A stretch of 20,000 nucleotides of DNA from Vicugna vicugna. Taxonomy: Eukaryota. Every line of letters starts with the position of its first letter. Positions within the stretch are counted from its first letter, which is position 1. The stretch covers positions 4,281,555 through 4,301,554 of the forward strand of contig MU058423.1 in the NCBI GenBank assembly GCA_013265495.1, in the 5' to 3' direction. The notes under the pieces were generated by a model, which worked only from the letters and a program-made list of their open reading frames with translations, did no database searches and was not told the origin of the DNA. Of the stretch, positions 11,173-19,833 are shown in pieces. The translations under genes were made by a program, and so were the position numbers.

Positions 11173-11752
11173 GGAGAGGAAAGAGACCACTTGGGACGGA
11201 TGTTCCCTGCCAAAAATGCAACCATAACCTATGTGAACTGGGAGGCTGTTCCTCATTCCTCCTCTACTTTTTTTTTTTTTTCTGTTTGTCCAGGATGAAT
11301 TCTAGCCTCCAGCCACTGAAAGCTGTCAGTTTTAAGTACCAATATCAATTTAAACAATGGTATACGTAGACTTTCATGGATAATAAGAGTTCTTGCTCCC
11401 TGAGAGTAAATATGAAAATGAATCTAAACATTATGTGGCATTTTTATTGCCACTTCACTTTTTAAAAGAAATAAATACACCAATAATTAGTCCAGGGATT
11501 AACGGAACATGAAAGGGGAATGTAAAATTCGTTAATTTTTAAGACACAAATAAAAGTCTCAAATTTAAAAGGAAGAAATGGAGCACTTGCTTGATCTGGA
11601 TCACTTTTAATAGAACTATTGTCATTCTGAATATCACAAAACAGATCTAACTACTGTTTTTGACTTTTAAAAAATCTTAAGAGTTGTCTGCAATTGTCTC
11701 GGTTTATTGTCCTCAAGTAAACAGCTGTCTGAACTACAACAGTCATTTAGAT

Positions 11753-12094
11753 TTGAGGTCACAAACTCAAAGCCCACACGCTTCAGGCAGGCAGAGTAAA
11801 GCCATGAAGTGCACTGGGTGTGGAAGGAATGAGCGTGGGGTCTGGGGAACTGGGGACCTCTGGCTCTGGGTTAGGGGAACAATCACCAGTCAGCTCCAGC
11901 TGATCGTTTTCATGCAGGAATTTAAATCCAAGGCTACCACATTCTCTAATTTTTCAAGAGAAGCCACAAAAGTCCAGAATTCAGGTGATCTCTCAGTATT
12001 TAAAACTGACACAATTTTTAAAGGAAACGTTGCATATGACAAAGCAGCCACATCTACAGGCAAAATTCAAATGCAAGCTGCTGCTGTGCCTCTG
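11753..12094. mobile_element. MER102 hAT-Charlie element, full length
   Basis: GGTCACAAACTCAAAG, TCAGCTCCAGCTGATCGTT, TTTTTCAAGAGAAGCC and terminal CCTCTG are collinear with MER102. Confidence 0.85.
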
Positions 12095-12184
12095 CTACAG
12101 CAATAAAGCTCCGTCTTGGCGATTAGTAATTGTACTTAATTATCTTTGCAAAATCAAAGACTGTGAACTTCGGCAGCGAACGTC

Positions 12185-12205
12185 TTTTTTTTTTTTTTTT
12201 TTTTT
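12185..12205. repeat. T21 homopolymer
   Basis: Seen directly. Confidence 0.95.
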
Positions 12206-12335
12206 GGCCACGTAATAGCTCTGGAACTTAGCATAAGTTACCTGTCCTCTCCAAAGACTTCATTTCCTCAGCTGTTAGATAGGGAAAATGGTAACTTGAA
12301 GCACTGTTGTGATGAGTAAATAACATGAACAGCCT
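12206..12335 (+). mobile_element. MIR fragment
   Basis: GCCACGTAATAGCT...AAGTTACCTGTCCTCTC...CATTTCCTCAGCTGTTAGATAGGGAAAAT...TGTTGTGATGAGTAAAT. Confidence 0.7.
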
Positions 12336-12404
12336 GGCTCTCCTTAAAAATTTACTGCATTCCTTCCCTTTCATTTTGCTGCCAATAGTGGCAATAATGG
12401 GAAT

Positions 12405-12426
12405 TGTGTGTGTGTGTGTGTGTGTG
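12405..12426. repeat. (TG)11 microsatellite
   Basis: Seen directly. Confidence 0.95.
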
Positions 12427-12454
12427 GTGGCTATAAAAGAAAGACCATAGAACA

Positions 12455-12580
12455 AGGTCAGATTATATTCTATCTAACTTACTGCCTGCTTTTGGTCAAG
12501 CTACTTAAGTCCCCCAGGTCTCACTGGACATGTGTAAAGTGAGCACCAGATGTTCCTCCTACTAAAGTCATTGGGAGAGA
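12455..12580 (+). mobile_element. Degraded MIR fragment
   Basis: CTTACTG...TTGGTCAAGCTACTTAAG...CATGTGTAAAGTG resembles the MIR core. Confidence 0.45.
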
Positions 12581-12812
12581 CAGTGGTTTTGGGCTTGGCC
12601 ACTGGACTCTGAGTGCCTGGGTTTGAATCTTGGCTCTGACACTTAATAGGTGTGAGATATTGGACACTTTAACTAATTTAACTTTCTAGTGTTTCAGTTT
12701 CCCCCTCTGTAAAGTAAGGATAGTAAGAATATCTTACTTTTAAGAAATAAAGAAGACATGTAAAGCCACTAAAACAGTGCCCAGAACATATCAAGTGCTT
12801 AATAAATAATAA
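12581..12812 (+). mobile_element. MIR SINE, near full length
   Basis: TGCCTGGGTTTGAATCTTGGCTCTGACACTTA, TCAGTTTCCCCCTCTGTAAAGTAAGGATAGTAA, AACAGTGCCCAGAACATATCAAGTGCTTAATAAAT. Confidence 0.9.
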
Positions 12813-13449
12813 TTTCCTAGTTCAAGGAGTCTAATATGCCACTGATGATGAGAAGTGCTGCTGTATGTACTACTAAGGAAGAAAAAAAATTATCTGAAAT
12901 TAAATTGTGACATAATGCTTTCTTATCAGAATTTTTACTTTATACTTAATAAAAAAGATCTCCAGACCTAGGTATAAATTTGCATCACTACTCTTGTGCA
13001 TATATAGAAAGAAAAATATACATATAATTGGTTATATTGACTTTGCTGAGTCACCCTGAAACTCTGAGTTATCCGTATCAATGCCTTTCTACACAAAATC
13101 ATCTTCTGAGTGATTGGGGATTATTGGGGATCCATATCTCTTTTCCTCCTCTTCTGGCTTCTTCTACTTCTTCCAATTAAAGAAAAAAATTAATTTCAGA
13201 ATTTTTCCAAGGTGTATACTGGTAGATAGAAGAGAATAATGAACATCCTTGAACCCATACCCCAAGGCAACATTCTTAATAAAGTGCTTACCATCTGCAA
13301 GAATTTTCTCCCAGATTGCTAACACCTATTTTTGCAAGTTGTGATGCCTCCATTTTCTTGATATTACTAGAAGATACCAACAGAACGTTTTCAGGCAAGA
13401 ACTGGGACTCACATTCCTTCTTCCTGTTGCCCTGAAATGGTTTGTTTTT

Positions 13450-14158
13450 GAAACATTAAGAAGCTGCCCTTGTTTAGTTACGTCAACAGGAATCCCAGCC
13501 AGGATGTACGTGTGCAGACAGTGCCAACTGTGTCACAACTGCCACCTGCCAAACAGCAACGATTGGAAGATGCATCCTCACTTCAGTGATGATAAGATGA
13601 TTCTTCTCATGCGAACATCTCACGATTCCCCCTGCCCCCGCCCCCAGGAATACTAGACTTGCTCCATCATCTTTAGGCCTATGAAAATGCAGATGAGAAC
13701 TAGGAAGAAAGGTAATGTTAACTGCTGTTGAAGGAATCTAGCTTTTCTGTTCTAAAACTTATGAAACTCATCATCACCATCTTCCATAATTTAAAAATTA
13801 GCAAGAAACATTAAGAAGCTGCCCTTGTTTAGTTACGTCAACAGGAATCCCAGCCAGGATGTACGTGTGCAGACAGTGCCAACTGTGTCACAACTGCCAC
13901 CTGCCAAACAGCAACGATTGGAAGATGCATCCTCACTTCAGTGATGATAAGATGATTCTTCTCATGCGAACATCTCACGATTCCCCCTGCCCCCGCCCCC
14001 AGGAATACTAGACTTGCTCCATCATCTTTAGGCCTATGAAAATGCAGATGAGAACTAGGAAGAAAGGTAATATTAACTGCTGTTGAAGGAATCTAGCTTT
14101 TCTGTTCTAAAACTTATGAAACTCATCATCACCATCTTCCATAATTTAAAAATTAGCA
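13450..14158 (+). repeat. Head-to-tail tandem duplication, 2 x 354 bp (period 355)
   Basis: 13450-13803 equals 13805-14158 except G13717 vs A14072. One extra A sits at the junction (13804). Confidence 0.99.
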
Positions 14159-14427
14159 CAAGGAACAGTTAGTATCATTACCCTGAGTACTAAGTTACCT
14201 GGGCCCTGATAAACTCTTTCAGCAGCTACCTCTGGGTCATTTTCGTCCCAGAATTCTAAAATACACATGATTCCATCTTAAATGATTAATTTTGATCCGT
14301 TTGTTGAGTCTATAGGTTTTATTTTCATGAGTGACCTCTATGCCCATTATATTCTGCATCATTTTTTAAATCCATGATTTCATTTTCTCAGTATTCTGAG
14401 TATGGCTGATTTGATTATTTGCAATGT

Positions 14428-14521
14428 CAGGCCTGCTTTTTACTAGTTTCAAATAAGATTTTTATTTCAGTTATTGTCATTTTCATTATGTAGCATGCTC
14501 TTCTTACCCAGGCCTGCTTTT
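14428..14521. repeat. 13-bp exact direct repeat flanking 68 nt (possible TSD)
   Basis: CAGGCCTGCTTTT at 14428-14440 and 14509-14521. Confidence 0.6.
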
Positions 14522-14811
14522 GCTCAATAGAGACAATGTCCTGTTTTATTTCATTAGGGATAAAAAAGTAGGTAATTTCTGAAACCATGTCTTCTATTTC
14601 ACGAAATAGATCAGGTTTATTTCTGAGCCCTGGTAACTTGGCTCTGTCTGTGTGACAGGATTGCTGCTACTGCTGTTCATCTCTGAAATTGATGTGCTGG
14701 TATTTTCATCCTTGAAGTCAAGGCTCTGCTTGAACATCCTGAGCAGCAGCAAGTGTTGTTTTGGGGAGAGAGATGTATTAGAGAAATAACCCTGCCACCT
14801 TACATCTCAAC

Positions 14812-14948
14812 CAGTGGTTCTCAAACTTCAGGCCACATAAGAATCACCTGGGGAGTTTTCTCAAGAAGGCAGATTCCAGGGCTCCCCTCCTGGTGATCTT
14901 GATTCCACACAAGTAGACCAGGGTACCAGGAACCACCATTTGTTAAGT
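14812..14948. mobile_element. MER5 (A/B) hAT-Charlie MITE, one end only
   Basis: CAGTGGTTCTCAAACTT...AGAATCACCTGGGGAG...GCAGATTCCAGGGCTCCC. Confidence 0.8.
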
Positions 14949-14949
14949 G

Positions 14950-15085
14950 TCTGACATGAGATTTTCAAACAGACTAAAAGCAGAAGAATAGTGTGGTGAA
15001 CCACTCTACCCGTCACCCAACTTCAACAATTATCCATAGTCCGTTCATCTGTGTCTTCTTCTATCACCAGCAACCCCGTTTGATC
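14950..15085 (-). mobile_element. Old L1M (L1MC/MD-type) 3' end fragment
   Basis: ATTTTCAAACA...AAAAGCAGAAGAATAGT...TGAAC...TACCCGTCACCCAACTTCAACAATTATC. Confidence 0.7.
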
Positions 15086-15255
15086 ATTTTTGTTTTCACT
15101 TTTCAAATTTTTATAATTTTTACTAGACTATCTTAGGAGCTCGTGGGCCAGTGCGAGACAGGTAAGGGAGATTTTATGAAACAGTAAGGCTTTGTGAAGA
15201 TTTGATTTTGTGATAGGGGATACTTAGCTTGGCCTGGGCGTAAGTAGAGTCTATG

Positions 15256-15386
15256 TAGGGGGACCAGACTGGATAACGTATCATCCAACTCTCTGAGTAT
15301 GAAAGGTGGTGCTAATAACTATTATGCAGGGACAGCAACTGTAAACTAAGACTACCCTTGACAAGCCAGAATGGATGGTCGCCCAG
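15256..15386. mobile_element. MER94 hAT-Blackjack MITE
   Basis: TAGGGGGACCA and TGGTCGCCC termini, with internal TGAAAGGTGGTGCTAATAACTATTATGCAGGGACAGC...TGTAAAC. Confidence 0.85.
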
Positions 15387-15394
15387 ATGAGGCC

Positions 15395-15740
15395 AAATAG
15401 AATCTTCATAAATCAGTGATATCTGCATTTGGAAGGGAGAGAACACAGTCACCAGGGAAGAGAGTATCCTTTAAGTACAGGAAGAATGTGTTTAAGGACA
15501 GAGACGGGTGAGATACTTGAGGTTGCTATGGATCCAGGAAATAGCTCAGACATAAAACAGTGCAGAGTGAAGGACCTAAGATGGGTACTGCTGAAAGAAG
15601 AATCGGGAGACAGGACCAAGCCATGAGAGAACTGACCAGCTAAGCAGATGAGGCTGAATTTTATCTTAAAAGTTACTGTGCATCATTAAGGGGTTTTAGG
15701 GAGAGAAGTGAAATAGTCATATTTTCATGGGAAGATAATA
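15395..15740 (-). mobile_element. L2 fragment (left part of a MIR-interrupted copy)
   Basis: TGAATTTTATCTTAAAAG...CATTAAGGGGTTTTAGGGAGAGAAGTGAAATAGTCATATTT match antisense L2. Confidence 0.75.
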
Positions 15741-15764
15741 ACAGTAAATGCAATTTATAAGGTT

Positions 15765-15927
15765 CCTTTCTATGACATACATTTTCAAATTTAATGGCCC
15801 CAACAACCTAATGATATGCATCTTGTTATCCTTATTTTACAGCCGTATAAAATGAGTTAAATAATCTGCCCACAAGAGATGGAACTGGAACTTAAATATA
15901 GGTATATCTAAGTTAAAATCTATGCTA
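15765..15927 (-). mobile_element. MIR nested in L2
   Basis: CAACAACCTAATGA...TTATCCTTATTTTACAG...GTTAAATAATCTGCCCA...GGAACTGGAACTTAAAT. Confidence 0.7.
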
Positions 15928-15939
15928 CACTCAAGTTTG

Positions 15940-16590
15940 ACAGAAGGTTTAAGAGGGCAGTTCGGCAAGGAGGCAGGGTAGTGAGGCAGAAAGTTCAATG
16001 AAGTGGCTGTTGAAATCCAGGCAGGAATTATGCCAGGCACTAAATATGGGAGAGGCAGAGGGACAATCAAGGAAGGAAGAATCATGCCACATAAAAAGAA
16101 GTAACAAAAATCATAGGACTTGGCTTAATGAGTGAGTGATAGGGAAAGTAAGCAGACTTACAGAGTCTGGATTCCTGGTTTGTGTGTCTGTGTAAATGGG
16201 GATAAACCATTCACCACGATGGGCAATTAGTTGAAGGAAAAGGTTTTATGAAAACTTAATGAGTTCTCTTTTAGGATGTTTGTACAGGGTTACTGGGTGA
16301 TACCTGGTAACTGGATATGTGGATCTGGTATTCACCAGTGAATCATGAAAGACTAATAAAATGGGAAGTTCAGAAGGCTAAGAATAGAAACCACGGAGAG
16401 GATGAGAATATAAAGGAGACAAAGCTGGATGAACCAAAGAGGCAAAAAGAAAATAAGAAGAATGGGTAAGGAGAATAGGAAGTTTTAGGAGCATGAAGGT
16501 GATTGACAGGGACAAATACTGCAGTAAAGTATAGTTAAACAAAGATGTTAAACTATCTACTGAATTAGACAACCTGTAGCTCACTTTTGG
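15940..16590 (-). mobile_element. L2 fragment (continuation after the MIR)
   Basis: GAAATCCAGGCAGGAA, GGACTTGG, CCATTCACCACGATGGG, AATGAGTTC, ACTGGATATGTGGATCTGG occur in L2 order. Confidence 0.75.
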
Positions 16591-16784
16591 AACCTAAACT
16601 GAATACTGTATCTTTATACTCGTTAAATACAATACTAATTGAAACAACGTTGACTCCCAATCATGTCATCTCATATTCTCTAGCTTCTTCTGCTTGTCAT
16701 TATTCATATACTTTATACAGATATATCTACTTTATATGCATTCATTATACTAGCTACAATTTATTAACGCCAACTATCCCCTGA

Positions 16785-16935
16785 TTCTTTATAAACATTA
16801 TTGTTACTTTACAAACAAACCTGCAAATTCTATGTTATCATCTTTGTTTTAAAGAGGAAGAAATAGAGTGTTCCCATAACTGTAATACAAGAGGGAACTG
16901 AAGATCAGTGGGGCAGATATCAAGGCATGTTCTCT
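16785..16935 (-). mobile_element. Degraded MIR fragment
   Basis: ACAAACAAACCTGCAA...TGTTATCATCTTTGTTTTAAAGAGGAAGAAATAGAG resembles the antisense MIR core. Confidence 0.55.
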
Positions 16936-17589
16936 TCGCTCTCATACCACAAACTCATTACTCACTTCAGGTTTCAACTGCATAAGCAAATGCCACTAGA
17001 CGCATCTTCATTATGGCACAGGAAAACTAGGGACAAAGACTAAGATTATTTGATATTTCCCACCTAGAGAAGAACTGGATTATTCAACCCATCCTAGAAG
17101 CACGAGGATCTGCGAAAATGAAGCAGAGTGAAGTTGGATATATCCACAACGAATGAAAAGAATAGACCAGTGGCATATAGGTAATGAAGCTTAAAATAAT
17201 CACATCTAAAGGGGACCAGAAGAAAAGAGACAGGGTTGAGAAAAACCTACGGGAAAATCAAAGTGACATAACTCGCTCCACTGGGCTCCATTTTAAAAAG
17301 GCAAGCACACAAATGATTCTTCCTGCACATCCCAACCAACCCTAATGTAATTACGCAACCTCTTTCTGACATTAAAAACTGAACATAGTGTAAAATCCAT
17401 GGGATGATTTTAATTAAAAGTTATTTTCAAAAGCAAACATGAATGGATTTTGCAAAAGGGCAAGTAAAAATCAAACGTCTGAGTGTTGCAAAGAATTCAC
17501 TTATTGAGTGTGCCAAGGTTGAAACTCTTAGATGAAAAAACTTCTGACTCCCATCGGGTCAGTTCATTTTATACATCGCTGGAACACCG

Positions 17590-17606
17590 TGAACTTCAGA
17601 TGAACT
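17590..17606 (-). promoter_or_regulatory. Canonical DR5 retinoic-acid response element motif (RAR/RXR)
   Basis: The minus strand reads AGTTCA-TCTGA-AGTTCA, a perfect RGKTCA-N5-RGKTCA. Function untested. Confidence 0.5.
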
Positions 17607-18155
17607 AAGACCCATAGCACATTATGTTTTAAGATAATGTTACAAAACAGTGAATAAATAAATGATACCAACAAAAACTTGAGGAAGACACGGAAAGACT
17701 CCAAATGAACACTAAACAATTGTGAACTCTCACTAAACTATAACTCCATTGGAAAAGCAAAATGACCCTGCCCTTTAAACATGAATCTCATTAAACGGAT
17801 TACTTTGTCATAGCACCTGCTTCGCCTGATCTTTAACAGCCATCCTATATAGCAGTCAAGGTCTCATTTCTTTTAAAAATAGGTCCCCTTACTGTCTAGC
17901 AAGGGTGTTATTAATGACTCACCAATAATGGGACATGTGCTCGGGGTTATTTGTTTAACAGAGTGTGTGTGTGGAGTGGAGAGAGCGTAGGAGACGACGT
18001 GCTCTTTTCCATTCACGCCCTGAACTGGCTGAGTCTTGCTCAGACATATGGCAGAGAACGGGCATGCAGCCTGCAGGCACACAAAGCAGCTAACTATGGA
18101 AGTCCCTTAGGGATGCAGTCTGGAACTTTGGCCTCATTAATACCATGCTCTAGCC

Positions 18156-18337
18156 CAAGGGGTCTCAAATTTTGGTGTGAGTTAGAATCACAGGTGGTAT
18201 AGCTATTAAAAATTCCAGCCCTTGGATCCCACCTCAGGCCTACCAAATTAAAATCTCTGGAGGTGAGGCCCCGGCATCTCTGCTGTCCTCAGGCTCCACA
18301 GTTGAATCAGATGCACATCACAACTGCAGAACCACTG
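18156..18337. mobile_element. MER5B-like hAT-Charlie MITE, full length with TSD
   Basis: TTAGAATCAC...AATCTCTGGAGGTGAGGCCC...GGCATC...AGAACCACTG. TSD CTCTAGCC (18148-18155) and CTCTGGCC (18338-18345) match 7/8 and are close to the Charlie target NTCTAGAN. Confidence 0.85.
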
Positions 18338-18524
18338 CTCTGGCCACCAGGCTGCACCTCGTCGGCCAGGAGTCTGGCTACTTGCTGCATGGCAGATGGT
18401 GCTGGCTCTGCCCTGGTGGCCCATGTCCTGGCTGCTGCTGCTACCTGTCTGATTTACTCTTTTCTTTTCAGAACCCTTTGTCTGCTTTCTACCATTTGGA
18501 GACAAAAGGAAATAAAACAAAACA

Positions 18525-19230
18525 AAACACAAAACCAATGTATTTTAAAAATTACAAAAATAGAAAAACCTGGAAAATATACAGAAGAAAAATAACTTAT
18601 AATTGCACCATTCCAAGATAACCACTATTAATGCTGCAGTAAACTATTTTCACTGTATATTCAGACAGTTACAGCCATCCTTTTATGGAATCGTGTGTCC
18701 CATTAAAAATATTTAATAGTTCTTATTGAGTAGTATGTGCCTTGTGCTAAGTACTTTATATTCATTATTTTGTTTAATCCTCGCAGCATCCCTATAAGGG
18801 ATGTACAAGCATGACCTCGTTTTATGGACTGAAAAATTGAAGCTCAGAGAAATCATGGTAGATCATGGCAGAGTGCTGGCTTGAACCCAGAAACACAGTC
18901 TCTTTCTCACCTTAACATTTGATAAATGCATATTTCCAAGTATTGAAAACATTTCATAGATAACATCAATAATGGCTACATATGCTTCTATTTTAAGGAC
19001 TCCGCCATTTGCTTACTCAGTGCTGACAATCCAACAATGGATTATAAACTGCTATAATGTTACAACAAATATCTTCATGAATTTGGCTTTATCTGTATTT
19101 CCAATTATTTCCTTAGGAGAAATTCCTAGAAAAATGAGTGAATATGTCAGAGTATAAATACTTTAAAATACATGATTCTTGATGCACATTGACAGATGGC
19201 TTTTAACAAAAGATTATAAAAATTTCTGCA
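18525..19230 (-). mobile_element. Old L1ME-type 3' fragment interrupted by a MIR
   Basis: AGATAACCACTATTAA, TAATGGCTACATA, ATTATTTCCTTAGGAGAAATTCCTAGAA. Confidence 0.7.
18711..18900 (-). mobile_element. MIR nested in old L1
   Basis: TTATTGAG...TATGTGCC...TGTGCTAAGTACTTTAT...TTTAATCCTCGCAGCATCCCTATAAGG...GCTCAGAGA...TGGCAGAG...TTGAACCCAG. Confidence 0.85.
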
Positions 19231-19294
19231 CAGATTTTCCATCTTCCCTGGCCAAAATGCTTATGAAGCCATTTCTCAACTTACCTGATTATAA

Positions 19295-19833
19295 ATAAAT
19301 CCTAGGTAACCATTTTTGCACATTTATTTTTGCCTACAGTTCTAATTATTTCTTTAAGTTAAATTTCTAAAGGTGGAATTGCTGGATCAATGGGTACACA
19401 CATTTTTAAGCTGTTAATACTTGTGGTACTTCTAAATTGTCTGCCAGAAAGATCACCAGCAGGGAACGTGAGTGACCATTTCTTCACACCCTTGTCAACA
19501 CAAAGCATTTGTTTCTATCCGAATTTTTAAGAACTAATGAAGTAGAACAGCTTTTCACATGTTTATCGACCTATTGCTTTCCTCTCTTTTAGTAAATTTA
19601 AAAATGTATGTGCTTAGCCTTCACTGTACAAAAATCTTTTCACTGCAAGTCTATTTCTTATTATTTAATAGAAAGAGTTATTTATATGAAGACTATTAGC
19701 TCTATCAGATCTGTTGCAAAATGACCCAAGTTTGTCATCTGCATATTTCTTATGAATGTTTTTGAGGTAGTAGAGTTTAGATTTTAACATGGTTAGGTCT
19801 ATCTTTATTTTCCTTTATGGCTTCTACCTTTGG
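19295..19833 (-). mobile_element. Old L1M ORF2-end fragment
   Basis: GTGGAATTGCTGGATCAATGGGTA, CATTTCTTCACACCCTTGTCAACAC, CTTTTCACATGTTTAT, TTTTCCTTTATGGCTTCT. Confidence 0.8.

Noticed and set aside
11684..12106. Longest ORF (140 aa)
   Set aside because: It lies almost entirely within the non-coding MER102 element, starts at a non-ATG codon, and has no recognisable domain.
12168..12177. CTTCGGCAGC, identical to part of the U6 snRNA 5' stem-loop, shortly before a T-run
   Set aside because: Only 10 nt match, and no downstream U6 sequence (ACAGAGA box) is present.
18341..18358. TGGCCACCAGG, resembling a CTCF site
   Set aside because: The 3' half (CTGCAC) misses the strongly conserved G positions of the core.
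18679..18688. CArG box CCTTTTATGG
   Set aside because: About one is expected by chance in 20 kb of this composition, and it lies amid old repeats.
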